63,267 nt of DNA, filler included, from Rhabdomonas costata (GCA_019059605.1; 15 parts of 15 records of this genome joined end to end with filler, not necessarily neighbours in it); one strand, 5' to 3'; positions 51,329 through 63,267 are shown, counted from the first letter of the whole stretch. Made by a program: numbers and translations. The notes: generated from the letters alone by a model not told the origin.

Positions 51329-52474
51329 CTGCGATAAAGATCAGCGATGGATCAAATCCACATAAGATGCAATCCTAGGGCGGAAAAAAAGAGTGGGAGC
51401 GGAAACCAGGATAATATCCGACGATCCAGGCTTTTGGGAGGGGCAACAAAACAAAAAGCATCAGGAAGAGCAGCTTCATTCTCGGAAAAACTCTGCAAAC
51501 GTGAAATACACTCTCTGTCCATCCAAGGTTCCCCTTTGGTTTCGGGTTTCAAGTGTCTCTAGGACAGGCTCTTTGACACATCATATGACCCTAATAGCGC
51601 CGAAGCAGGTCTCGGGTCTTTGTAAATGAAGCAGGCCTGCCCTTGAAATCCGCAGCGTATTACCTTGCTTGTCGATGCAGCAAACCCTCAAAACGAACGT
51701 CGTTCACGCCCACACGTTATTGCCGTGGATAAGCATTTCGTATTTAAGTTTTCCATTCGTCGGTTACCTTTACATGCCACACACCAACGAAAGTCAACTT
51801 CCACTCAATTTCCACAATGTCCACTAAGCTCTAGGTAACATCAGCATGATGCGCAAAAACAGAGGAATTTTCACGTTTCAGGGTGCTCAGAACCAGAACT
51901 CAGAACCACTCGTTCCAGAGCACCCTGAAACGTGAAAATCCGAGTGTTTTCAAACCTGAGAATCACGAACACGCTTTCGTACAGAAATTCGAGGGTTTGT
52001 CCCATTCTCTCTCTGCCTCTCCATATGATAAACAGCGGACACAGGGCAACAGCAAATGTTTTCTCGAGGTTAACATCTCGAACTTAAAAAAGAGGCAGGC
52101 TCCTCCGGACCTTCAGTCGAAAGGGCTGTTACCACGTGAGAAAATACAAAATGGGGGGAACGAAACAAATATCTAAAAAAAAAGGCAGTGAACGCACGTT
52201 GCTTTCCTCGTTTTCCCTAAAAGAAAAAAGGTGAGCAACACCATCTTCCCCCCAAGCAAACGCATAAAAAGTACATGACCACACAAATGGCGTACAAAAC
52301 TGCCACAACTGCAAGAAAGAAAGGAAGAAAAAAAATGGCATACATGGCACCGAAGATGGCACCATCAGGTCACATTAGTGACCACAAGGAAGCACACTCG
52401 GAAACAAACACAGCACCAAACAACGGCAGCACAATGTAGATGTAAAAGTACACTAGGAAGGAAGGGGTGGTGGT

Positions 52475-54517
52475 TCAGTAATACGTTACCTGCGGGGGTG
52501 GGACCGGGATCAATTCGACCACAGAGCTAAACGTCACAGAGCGGGTCTCGCTGGATCTTCCCACAAACTGCCTGCGACGAAGGCAGCCAACGGCTTTGGA
52601 GATCTTCTCACAGACTACTCCTCGAGATCTAATCGGGTGTCGCCGGGACCGAACGCGCTTGCTCCCGGGACTTTCCGAGGGAATGCTGCTGGACACACTG
52701 GACATTACCGTTACGGAGGCCGTTTCCATAACAGGGGATGGGGTCACAGTGGACTGAGTTGTCAGCAGGTTGCTAATGTCCGACTCAAGATCAAACTTTT
52801 CCTCATTCTTTGGTTTGGGGGACTCTGCAGCGGGCACATGCACTGAGAGAGGGCGAATACGAAGGCCAGCTGATGAAAGCTTTGGAGGTGCAGGGGTGTG
52901 CACAGTCCGGGCAGAAGCACCTGCTACTCCAATGACAGGCGAAGGCGGATGCAAAGAAGAAGAATTCCGCAGTACCATGGTATGTGGTGGAGGTGGGATT
53001 GACGGCGGAGGGTTTGGACGGGCAGGTGATTTGCTGATCGGAGCGGAACAGTCATCTGGAGAACGTTTTTCCGCAGCCCCGTCCTTGGGATGCCCAACCA
53101 TAGGGGAAGAGCGCTCATCTTGGAAGCCAGAACTTCTTTCTCGGAATTTGGGGGAAGCAAGGGCATCCTGCAATTTATTGAGGTTGTCAGCTGTAACGGA
53201 AAGCGGGTTCGTGACAGTGCCCGATGCGATGAAATGCCGACGAACGTTTCCGCCCCCCATGCCATCATTCATCCACGACCAAATGCGGCTCTCAAGTGCT
53301 GGAGACATTCCGTTGGGGACTCGCTTCGTCGAATCCGCCGGACCAGTGTCCGAGTTTAGGTTCGGCTGCTGATTCAATTGCGAAATCTCTTCAATTGGAG
53401 GCACTCCATCTACGATATCTTCATTAGAAAGATCGGCACCTTCTGCTCCGGACAAAGCAAAACTCACAGTGGCACTGCATATACCTTCTTCGCCCAATGG
53501 CCCCATTGAAGACTCAAGAGTGGAGGAGAAGACGACATCTTGACCTGGAGTGACACTGTGCTCGTCTGGAGCACTGCGCAACGCTAGCACATGCTTTGAG
53601 CAAGACACTCGTGGCGTGGAAGGCGGGCGGGGCATCCGAAAAGCCCTTTCGGCTGGATGGCTCTGCCCCACAACATTCCAGCCAGGATATGCCATGACAT
53701 CTCGTTGGTCAAATTCGTTGTTCAACGTCACGGGAACATTTCTTTGCTCACCGGATGTCAGAAGGAGCGGAGTAGTCATTAGTGGTGAGGGGGATGGGGA
53801 AGCCAATGGCCCAGAGCTTGTCTTTGGCACCGGCCGTTCTCGTTGGTCAGGGCAACAGCCCGCATAAACTGCCAATGCGTCCGCGATAATGGCATCCCGA
53901 GCCTGAACCTCTTCCTGCTCCAACGAATTCAGCTTCCGCTGCCACGCACCGCTAAGCAGCCGTGACATAGCCGCAGCACTCACGACTCCAACCAACGGGG
54001 ACGGCCGAATCTTCCGCGGGTGAGAGAAGCAGCTACTAGGTAGAGCAGAATGGACACGGGGAAACGCATGCTGTAACCGAGCTTCTTGAGAGAGAAGATC
54101 TCCTGGACCTGGAAACGAGGTTGTGCGGGTCGCCAGAGGAGGGCAGCAGGGAATGGGAGGCTGTGGAACCTGCTCGCAAGGCCCCCTTGCCTCAACGCTG
54201 CTTTCTGGGACATGATCGCGGACGGGATGTGTGGCGTTGGACGAGCCTGGAGCTTCCGGAGATGTAGGAGATACTGGATCATCGCTTGCCTTCCTCAAGG
54301 ATGGAAAGTGGCGATGGAACTTCCGGAGCCAGCGGTGTGCGCGGCTGAAGCTTTGCTCGTCAACTCGTGGAGTAGGGGACACTTGGTTGGCACTCTTCTC
54401 CGGACTCTCCCGAACCCGTGTAGGGGATGTGGGACCCATACAAAAAAAGGCAAACCAAAGCAATACAAAAGAAAAAACAACTACGGTGCAAGAAGCTTCA
54501 ACTACAACCGCAAGCAT
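52475..54517 (-). CDS. Single-exon 680-aa protein with an N-terminal hydrophobic helix, a Ser/Pro-rich disordered body and a C-terminal RVxF-like motif
   Basis: A 2-kb uninterrupted ORF from ATG to stop, with VVVFSFVLLWFAFFC near the start and RSVTFSSVVELIP near the end. Confidence 0.7.
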   Translation of the reverse strand: MLAVVVEASCTVVVFSFVLLWFAFFCMGPTSPTRVRESPEKSANQVSPTPRVDEQSFSRAHRWLRKFHRHFPSLRKASDDPVSPTSPEAPGSSNATHPVRDHVPESSVEARGPCEQVPQPPIPCCPPLATRTTSFPGPGDLLSQEARLQHAFPRVHSALPSSCFSHPRKIRPSPLVGVVSAAAMSRLLSGAWQRKLNSLEQEEVQARDAIIADALAVYAGCCPDQRERPVPKTSSGPLASPSPSPLMTTPLLLTSGEQRNVPVTLNNEFDQRDVMAYPGWNVVGQSHPAERAFRMPRPPSTPRVSCSKHVLALRSAPDEHSVTPGQDVVFSSTLESSMGPLGEEGICSATVSFALSGAEGADLSNEDIVDGVPPIEEISQLNQQPNLNSDTGPADSTKRVPNGMSPALESRIWSWMNDGMGGGNVRRHFIASGTVTNPLSVTADNLNKLQDALASPKFRERSSGFQDERSSPMVGHPKDGAAEKRSPDDCSAPISKSPARPNPPPSIPPPPHTMVLRNSSSLHPPSPVIGVAGASARTVHTPAPPKLSSAGLRIRPLSVHVPAAESPKPKNEEKFDLESDISNLLTTQSTVTPSPVMETASVTVMSSVSSSIPSESPGSKRVRSRRHPIRSRGVVCEKISKAVGCLRRRQFVGRSSETRSVTFSSVVELIPVPPPQVTYY

Positions 54518-55889
54518 ACAATCGCTTCACCAAATGGATCGTTTCGGAGGCACAGTGAGCAGAGTCCGCGACTGGGAGTGTAAAAGGGATTCGGTCATGA
54601 AAAGAGCACGAGGGAGTAAGTATGATACGAGAAGAGTTTGAGAGAAACGGAAATCCCGCATGGCTACCTTATAATACAGTCCAAGCAATGCATCTCTACG
54701 TTTCAATTGCAAACGAACATACGAGAGTACAAGACACCAAAAGCAGCGCCGAATATCAATGCTACATGAAATTGCTTGCCCTTGAAATTGTGAACTTACT
54801 GTTTCGTAATCAGGCGAAAACCCCAAAANNNNNNNNNNNNNNNNNNNNNNNNNNNNNNNNNNNNNNNNNNNNTTAATTAATTAANNNNNNNNNNNNNNNN
54901 NNNNNNNNNNNNNNNNNNNNNNNNNNNNGTTTGTTTGTTTTTGAATGAAGGAAAGCCGCTGGGTCTTCCGGACAGGCTGCGGCGAGTTCTGTCTTTCTCT
55001 CGTGGCAGGTGTGGGTGCTGTTTGGTGCACGTGGTTGCACCCAAATTTTGCTTCTGCTCGGGCTTTGTACATTGCAATGGAAGCCAAGCTTTGCTCTTGC
55101 GTTTGCAAGGTGGGTTGGATGTTGGTTTGGTATCTCGATTTTTTTATGATTTAAGACGCAGCTAGAATGTCCAGCCTGTTGTGAGGCTCTTCAACGTTGC
55201 TACTGATGCTGTTTCGAGATGGGCGCTTTTCCATTCCCTGTTCGGACAGCATATGTGGTGTGCTCACGTGGAATACCGGTAATTTCTTATTGAAATCTGG
55301 TCTTTGGGCGCAGTATTGTTTCTCACGTTTGATGGGTTAAAATTGAAAAAAAAAACCTCGAAGCCCAACAGGACTTACATGGCCGAAGGTCCAAATGGCA
55401 AAGCAACGGAGAAGAGGTGAGAGTGGAGAGGAATAACGAAGGGGAGATGAAATGAAGCAGAGGAAAGAAGCACGAAGCGGGGATGCAAGAAAAAACACCA
55501 CGAAGCCCAGGGAGTGGAAGTAAAAACAGAGGGGGGCACATCAGACATGAGTGTGAGTGGGAGGTGGGCGTGCAATTAAAGGGTGTGGAACCGACAGGGC
55601 AACGACAGAAGAGAGAAGAGAGAATGGGAGCATGTATTTGTGTTTTCAAAATCATGTGATTCTACCAGCGAACCCTCTGCAAGTTTTGTGTTTGATGAGG
55701 CCACAATTTGGAAGGACGTTTCCATCAAGTTTAGGAGATGCATACCCGTCTCCTCGCTTTTTCGAATTTTCATTTTTCTTCCAGAAATTGTTTTTCCTCT
55801 CACCTGAGACGCAAGGTCCGTAGTGGAGTAAGTACGACAATTTCCCTTGGTATGAGTTTGCTATAGGGTGAGTGTGGTTTTCTGTGAAT

Positions 55890-56548
55890 ATGATCCTCAA
55901 AGTTCTTGACCCGCGTACCATCCTCCTCCGCTCATTCACCGGGCGCTACGAGACGCGCACCTTCTACAACTTCACGGGGAACTTCTTCAGTGTCTCCCAG
56001 ATCCGGTACCTCAAGGGTCATGGCTGCCGCAGCATCGTCCGCATCGGCTGGCGGCCCACCCCTTCCCGATCTGCGAAACTTCCCGCTGTATCCACTCGGG
56101 AGCTTGGGCTGCACCGCATGGAGTTGGGATACGGAGTCACCGGGACATTGACTTGCGGAGGGAACTACCGGAGGATCTCCAACGGCGCGAGGTTTGGGGA
56201 GCCCGACGAGGTCTCGACCCAGTTTGGGAACGCAGCCATCCCGCAAAGGTTTTTCTGGCAAAGGGAGCAGTGTTCTTCACCCGTAACGTGCAGTTTTTTC
56301 AGTGGGGTGACGCACATACAGTAGTAGTCTGGTGAGGTCCTTCTGCAAGTCCTAAAGAGTAATTGCTTTTTTCTCTCATTAGCATCCTTAATGGTTGTAC
56401 TCGTTTTTCGGAGCGGGGAACGAATTATTTATGAATTATTTACGTGATTATATTTTAAATCAGAAATCGAGAAATCGCGTGTATACGTCGGCGAAAACTC
56501 AAATTACTTTCTCACTTTCCAGTTCTGGACGCCAGCCCCCCAAAGTGA
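55890..56548 (+). CDS. Putative terminal exons of an unknown protein (ending 56046, and 56523-56548), joined by a probable GC-AG intron
   Basis: GC3-rich RYETRTFYNFTGNFFSVSQIRYLKGHGCRSIVRI G|GC...TTCCAG|TT gives ...RIVLDASPPK*. Confidence 0.4.
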
Positions 56549-58382
56549 CGTTTATGAAGAATGGCCGCACGGTGATCCACTGTGTGCTGCCCCGCTCCTC
56601 GCGCCCGCGGGACCGCTCCTCTGCCCAGTCATACTGTGCCGCTGTCTGTCTGAGGGACGCCGAGTGTGTGGTGACCATCTGATCGAAGAGAGCTCAGAGA
56701 GCAGAGGGAAGACTGCCCTCTCGGTCGTTCTCAAACTGAAGCTGTAGCTGAACAGCCGGTGCCTCTGCGATGCATTGGCTGTGAGCATCTCTTCCAGATT
56801 GGACTCCGTAGGGTTCCTTACAGCAGAGAAGTTGCACAGAAGTGTCGCGTGTAGTACTGTCGCTCTTTGTATTGCCTCTTTGTAGGCCAGTTTCAGCCAT
56901 TTTGTTTCCGCTTATTTGGGCCAGCGAAAGGAGTGGTGGTATTCGCTGCAGAGCATCGGGGCAGATCGCTTTGAAATGTGTGCAAACGGAAGGGGAGGAG
57001 GGGTGGGTAAATATCAAAATGAAATCAACCACAGGTCAACATGCAGGAAGAAGCGGGTCTTCTTTACAGCTTCTTCTTTTGGTGGTTTTGTGAAGCGGGG
57101 GTGCTGCTGCTGCAGTCTACAATTCTTTCTCTTATCACTGTTCTTGGGGTTCTTCCAGGTGGGCCTATCTAGCCTCTTCAGCCGACCTCCTTTTTGCCTT
57201 TACACAGGCTTAGAAGGGCCTTTTGTTTTTGCACTGGCTTTATCGGGTTGGGCTTTGATAAGAGAAAGAACTGTAGGCTGGCACACCGTCCGCCCACCTG
57301 CGCGCTGGTGTGGCAGCAACGATTTACTATGGTAGTTGCCGCATGAGACTTGAGAATTGAAAATGACACATTTGACACACAACAGAGCCCTAAGCCGGGT
57401 GCTTCAAATTCACAGAAAGCAGAGTTGCATTTACAGGGGGTAAATGTCGCCTGGCGCTGAAAGCTGTCAGCTGAGCACGGCTGATATTCGGATAACACTT
57501 TTTCACCTCTCAGTGATCCTGCACTGGAAATGCAACTCACACTCGCTTGCCCAAACTTGTTTTGCGAAAACACTTCCTTTGATGGATGTTGCAGGCAGGG
57601 CGTTTTCTTTCTGTGAGGTAAAAAATGAGCGAACTTCCAGTCATCCTTGTCCGGGCACAGCTGCCCAACGGTTTTCAAGGGCTGCCGTCCCTCCTTAGCC
57701 GCAGTTTTCGTGTCCGAGGTCTCTCCTCTTCCCCAGCTTCAATATGGATCAGTTTGGTGGTTTTTTCCTGCCGCTGCATTTTCGGCACATCTGGTCCTGG
57801 GCTCTTTGGGTCTCTTTTGCCGCAGCGCTTGCCATGTATCGGTTGATTTGATGTCTCAAGTCAGGGGTTACCATTGAAATCCAAAGGCCAGAGAGGTTTA
57901 GCAGGATAGAAATGGGCGCGTAAACAACCGGACGAGGGCGCTGCACATCTGAGCAAGCCAAGTAGCAGGAGGGGTGGCGTGGGGGGGACCGGATTCGGGC
58001 ATTTTAAACGAGAACATCACTTTTATTTAGATGTCCTTTTTTTTGCAGAGCTCGGTGCGGTGGAGCAAAGCGCGGTGTGTCGTAGAAATGATTTTTCCTG
58101 TTATTGTGGGTGTTTTGTAATGTGTGTGTGCGGGGTGTGCGACGGGTACCGCGCTTGCTTGCTCGGTTAGTGAACATTTTCCCTTGCCCTCCTTGAATTG
58201 GTTTAGGGACTGCCTCCTGCGATGGAGGATGGAGCAGGGGGGGGTCCTGTTTCTTGAAACGATTCCGGATTCTACACCCGGCGCGTCTCCGTGCACGATT
58301 CGTGGAGGGCTTTTGGAAAGCTGCAAAGAAAGGAATGCTTTTCTTCTCCCCGCTCCAGGACGTTATCCTTCCTCGAGTTCAG

Positions 58383-58945
58383 CTGGCAGTTGGCCTTCTG
58401 AGTATCCAAGAGCCTGCCGGTGGAGCGAATTCCTCGAGCAGACCTTCTGCTGAAGTTCTCTGGGAGCCCTACCTGCTGCGCCTGCGTGGGCTCAGTCAAA
58501 GGTGTGTTGCTTTCGCCCTCCCGCAACTCTTTCCTAACTGAATTCCGGCCCCCTTGTCATCCATGGGCTTGCGTGATTTTGATTGAACAAACAGACACAG
58601 CTGTCCCCAAGTCACAAAAGAAAATTGTGTGGAGGGTGGCTGAGCTTTTCTCTCCATCTTTTCGGGATATTTCGCTTCATTCTATGGGAGGGAAACGGGC
58701 TGCTGACGGCACTTTCAGATTCGCCCAAACGAAATGGGGCCTTTTCACCCCCCGCCCCCCAACTCACTTCGCCTTCCTTCTGTGGCGCACTTTCTTTTTC
58801 ACTGCCTTTTCTTTTCTCCCTTGAGCTCTGTGAGCTGTGTAGATAGTTTATCTGGTGGCCGGTTCTGCAGGTTTCAGCGGTGCTTGGCCCTGGCGCTGGT
58901 GGGCTCTCCTGGATCGTGGGAGACGTTTTTTCAACTTCAGCTCAG
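58383..58945 (+). CDS. Putative internal exons (about 58383-58501, 58871-58945) of an unknown protein
   Basis: A phase-2 GT-AG junction gives ...EPYLLRLRGLSQR|FQRCLALALVGSPGSWETFFQLQLR|GTGAGC. Confidence 0.4.
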
Positions 58946-59027
58946 GTGAGCGCAATTCGCTGAAGCCTCCTCCTCTCGCTTAAGTGCAGGTAAGAGAAAA
59001 ATGCTCTGCTGTAGATGGTGCTTCTCT

Positions 59028-59058
<31 letters not shown>

Positions 59059-59324
59059 GCATGCAAACACCCCNNNNNNNNNNNNNNNNNNNNNNNNNNN
59101 NNNNNNNNNNNNNNNNNTTAATTAATTAANNNNNNNNNNNNNNNNNNNNNNNNNNNNNNNNNNNNNNNNNNNNTTGTTTGTGGCACTTCCTACAACATGT
59201 TTGTGCGATTTTTTTTCTGGTGGCAGTAATAGCAATACCCTAGCAGTTCTCTCCTCCCCAGTTCCCCACCGTCCTTCCTACGTGTTCATCCAAGCGTGTT
59301 AATCTAATGCTGAGCTGTCCGACA

Positions 59325-59641
59325 GCGGCCCTGAAGTGGGGGACCTCCCGGTCCAGCTGGACATGGCCCTGGACTTGGTGCTGCAGCAGGGGGCTCTCTT
59401 TCGGAGCCTTGCCGCTGAGGAGGAGAGCCAGGGCGAGGAACGCCGCGCTCTCTGGGGCTTCCTGGTCGCTGAGGCAGAGAAGCTCTACTCGGCCCTTGAC
59501 GAAACCTGGCTGGCGATGGTGCTGGAGCTGCACGAGAGCCAGCCTGTAGTGGCGCGGCTGGTGTTTGAGGCCCGGAGGAGCTGGCCCGCTGGTCTCTCCG
59601 ATCATGTCTCTGAGCGGACACCCCCGCCATCCTCGAACTGA
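59325..59641 (+). CDS. Putative terminal exon of an unknown helical protein
   Basis: An acceptor CAG is followed by the GC-rich frame LDMALDLVLQQGALFRSLAAEEESQGEERRALWGFLVAEAEKLY...SSN*. Confidence 0.55.
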
Positions 59642-60098
59642 TACCCCCGTTCCCCTCAGGGCTCCAGCACCCTTAGGGTGCGGTTTGAGGTGGTTCCAGG
59701 AGCTTCACAGGTTTTCGTACCACGTTGGGCGTCACTGCCCAAGCAATGTTAACTCGCCGAATCAGTTCTGTCCTCCTTCCAGGGATTTCATGCGACTACG
59801 CGACAATGATTCTTGCTAGAGCGTTTGCTTTCATTGCAAAAATATTCTGCGTACTTGGGGAAAGTTCCATCCACACCAATGGCACGTTTATTGAGTTACT
59901 CGTGTTTGTCGCGACAGATCATGGAAACCTTTTAATATACCGCAGTGTTTTGCGTGGGAATTCACAAGTGGTAGGCTTGAACGATCCCTGGTGCATGGGT
60001 GCATGGGATTATTTTGCGGACATGGATATGCGTAGACCTGAATAGACCGTCACCAGAGTCACGCCATAGAGAATATATTGTAACTATTCTTGTCGTGT

Positions 60099-60378
60099 CA
60101 GGGGTCACTATCACTCCTGACTTGGCCAAGTGAAAAAATTTCCCCAAAGGAGAAAAATTTCCCCCAATTTCCCCCACATAGAGACGAAACAGGAGTCCCC
60201 TGAGACTCCAATAGAAGATTTTGCAGGGGTTAGGTGGCGATGCAGGTGTCCCCTGGATCTCCTATACGCTGCATCTTCTGTATTGGAGCCTTCTTCCTCA
60301 GTGGTTGGGGGAAATTTTTTGTCTTGGGGGAAATTTTTTCACTTACCCCCTGACTTCTTAGATACGGGGTGACTCCAA
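60099..60378. mobile_element. MITE-like element with imperfect subterminal inverted repeats
   Basis: 60128-60166 (AAGTGAAAAAATTTCCCCAAAGGAGAAAAATTTCCCCCA) pairs with 60306-60344, and the outer GGGGTCAC and GTGACTCC also pair. The interior is non-coding. Confidence 0.65.
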
Positions 60379-60409
60379 ATGTTGCAGTAGCTTAGTTGCA
60401 GGCCGCGTC

Positions 60410-62699
60410 ATGCTCCCTCCGCTGCCTTTCCAGAGCCTTCCAATGTCTTTGGAGGGCCTTTGGACGCCCTCTCGGCATCCCTTGCCCCTTCCCAAGGGTT
60501 TTTCTGACCTCCCTTCCTCGGAGGCACTTTTGGATGATCGTCTCCTGAATGATCTCAAAGCGCTGTGCACCACTGAGGATGCCCCTCAACGGCCAAGTGC
60601 ACAAGTGTTTCCGCGTCTTTTCCGGTATTTTTGCGTGCCTTCGGTTTCCGGCCATAAGCTTTTTCTCCCTTTCTCTCTCTCACTTTGATTGAATGTCATT
60701 ATTACTACACTATTTATTTAACTTTCAGAAACAAACGCTGAAGCGCTGGAATAAATGCTTTCAGTTGTGCTGCTATGGGTAATCCATGTAAGCGCAGTCC
60801 GCATCTTTTCCCCCAGTAAGGTGCTTGACTTTCCTTCAACCAATGGCGTTGCACCCAACCCTGGAAATTCATTCACTTACCACTCAAAATTTTCTGGTTG
60901 AATGGGGGGGATTATCTGAAATACGTACGAAATAACTGAATAGAAATTATAATAATAAGCAAGGTGAAACAAGTCCCAGACACCTTGGCTCACGGACTTG
61001 GTGGAACAGAGGAAATAAACCGAAGAAATCGGGTCACTGTTCGAGAATATAGGGTGCTGAGGGCAAATATGCCATCGAGCATGGGGCGTTGGAGTGCTGC
61101 ATCGCCCGGCGAAGTGTCGGGGCGCTTCTGCATGTTGCCCGTAAGGGAGTCTTTCTTTGTCTTTTTTATATCCAATACTGAGGCACTGGGCGCCGCTGAG
61201 CACAGCTGAGAATAAATGGCGGCAAAGTTTACAACGGCTAGGACAGGAAAGAGGCACAATCAGGAAGAAAGACGGGAACTTAAAAACGGCGACGGGGATC
61301 ATACATAATACACGAATCAGTGGAATGATGAGGAAAGGGTGTGTGAAATGCACCAGGGATGCACGGTTGCTTTGGAAGAGGCGTATTTACTTTCTGGAGT
61401 AGCCTCCCCCCTCGATTTTCTTGGTCCGCAACAGCGAGTATCATTTTGAGATGCATTCATAAAAATCGTATTAGCTTTGGATAACGGTCCAGTGAAACCC
61501 ATTTTAACTTCGACCATCCTGTCCGCCAACGGCAATCAAGAGTTGCTGGCTTCGGTTTTGCATTTTTCTAATCTTTCAGCTTTTGCGTTTGCAGGAGCTT
61601 CACGGAGCTGGCGCTTGGACAGCAAGCACTGGCGCTGTGGGCGGAGCTGCGGCGCTCGATCAGTGCCGCAGTTGCCTTTTCGTGTTCCAAAGTTTGTCTT
61701 TGTGAGTGTGCTTATGTGCATTCCCGCCCTCCTGAAAGGTGAGGTCCCGAGTATTCCTTAATCCCCAGTTTTATCATCTCAACGTTGTCATCAAAAATAT
61801 GTCTAGTACACAAAGTCCACCCGGTAGATGCGTACCGTGAGTCATTGTGTCAATGCGGTGGAGGGGTGCGGATGATGCCCAGGGGAATTCCTTCCTCCAC
61901 GGAACGTTTTGGTGATGCACAATTCTGTAGCTCCGTCTCGGCGACTCGGCGGAGAGTGTTCTGGAAGAGCTCTCAGCCTCGTTTATGGCGCACGGGGTGC
62001 GACGGCGGGCATTGCAGCAGCTCTCGCAGGCGATGGCATCTGCACGCGCTGCCCCTCCCGACCTCCCGCTCCAACTTTGAAATTGTGGAATACAGGGTCC
62101 GTCACATGGACACAGCGTGACAGTATCACAGCGGGAAAGGGTCACGTTTGCCGTTTCTCTTTTTTTTTTGTTTAAATTAAAGTGAGGGGGCACATGAATG
62201 CAGCATTGGGAGTCCGGGAATCCCTTTTTTCCGGTTTGTTGAGCCAGGTCAGCTTTGTTGATGAACGGTGGGTAAAGGACTTGAGGTGGGGTTTCGCCAG
62301 TTTGCGCAGAGGAGGGAGAATAGTCTTTTTGGGGGAAGGAGGGGTGGTCTGAGGTACTCACTAATTGCAGGAGACACCGCCCAGTAACCCTCAGCAATAA
62401 AATGGGGAACCACCCACGACACAAACCCCACAAAATGCACGAATCACCTTGCTTTGTCGCGAAGTTACTACATTTTAACTGGGACACAGCACGTTTTCTG
62501 GGCTGCTTCAGCTATTTAACCGTCATTTATACTGCCACTGATCACGCGGTCGTCCCTGAAGCCGAACTCTGCGTTTTCTCTCGCACACTGTGCACGACGA
62601 AAACGCCCATATTGCAGGAGTCGCAGCGGCGGCGCGTGGGCCTGCCATCCGTCTCACAGCTGTACGCCGATGTGTGGGCAGACACTTTAATGGAGACAG
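60410..62699 (+). CDS. Putative multi-exon unknown gene (about 60410-60604, about 61595-61670, 61931-62029, 62618-62699)
   Basis: GC-rich blocks sit behind pyrimidine-AG acceptors, e.g. LRLGDSAESVLEELSASFMAHGVRRRALQQLSQ|ESQRRRVGLPSVSQLYADVWADTLMET. The upstream joins are not fully resolved. Confidence 0.45.
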
Positions 62700-62818
62700 G
62701 TGCGACTGCTGGCGTCCTGGCTCGCCTTTGCAGCCTGCAGGGCTTTTTGTTCCTTTTTCTGAGATAGAGAGATAGAGAGAGCTTGTCTCTTTTTTGGTTA
62801 GTTTTGCTTTTCGGGAAG

Positions 62819-63239
62819 CATCATCAGTGCCTCGAGGTTGGTATTGGCCTGGATGATGGTTCGTATTGTGCACGATACAAAAAGAGTTCATAGCAAGACG
62901 AGCAAGAGTCAAGGGGAAAGGGAAAAGTGTGTGAGCGTGTGGCTTTCAAAGAATGAACGAGGTGATAGCACTTTTTGGACTTCTTAGAGGTTAAGAGGGA
63001 AAAAGACAAGCTTATAGTGGAGAAATATCAAATACCTGAAAAACTGTGAGAGAAAACAAAAAACGATGGACTTCGCTCATAATCAATACGAACACATCCC
63101 ACAAACCTCAGGCCAACCAATCATCAGAGATGCTTCCCTTTCCCCTTGACTCTTGCTCGTCTTGCTATGAATTCCTTTTGTATCGTGCACAATACGAACC
63201 ATCATCCAGGCCAATACCAACCTCGAGGCACTGATGATG
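62819..63239. repeat. About 105-bp inverted repeat pair (62819-62923 and 63135-63239)
   Basis: The arms are near-perfect reverse complements with about 2 mismatches. A further re-inverted piece follows at 63234-63264. Confidence 0.9.
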
Positions 63240-63267
63240 GTTCGTATTGTGCACGATACAAAAACAC

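Noticed and set aside
1-63267. A window-wide gene cluster, such as receptors next to kinases forming one signalling locus
   Set aside because: The contigs are artificially concatenated, so adjacency across spacers carries no biological meaning.

Overview
This window is not one locus. It is 15 unrelated contigs of about 4.1-4.2 kb joined by artificial N-TTAATTAATTAA-N spacers, and many contig ends carry G/T-only (or A/C-only) tails that resemble whole-genome-amplification primer remnants. The DNA is intron-rich and eukaryotic, most likely euglenozoan (euglenid-like). Three observations support this: the splice donors are mostly GT-N-Y rather than GTRAGT, there is a complete 8-exon orthologue-like copy of the trypanosomatid mitochondrial type I nitroreductase, and there are CRE/SLACS-clade retrotransposon relics. 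Manual splicing recovered partial EFHC1/Rib72 (11 exons), NAT10/Kre33 (8 exons), BMS1, RPS15, a GH18 hydrolase exon, a MAP2K-like kinase that may have two kinase domains, a CMGC-like pseudokinase and a Cache-like sensor receptor. The most striking feature is a ~4 kb exon encoding at least four tandem bacterial-type Venus-flytrap ligand-binding domains. Decayed elements include a dispersed CCCH-zinc-finger repeat next to a dead J-domain, an intronless DEAH-helicase relic, a Tc1/mariner fragment and MITE-like inverted repeats. All family assignments come from motif recognition by eye; no database search was run.
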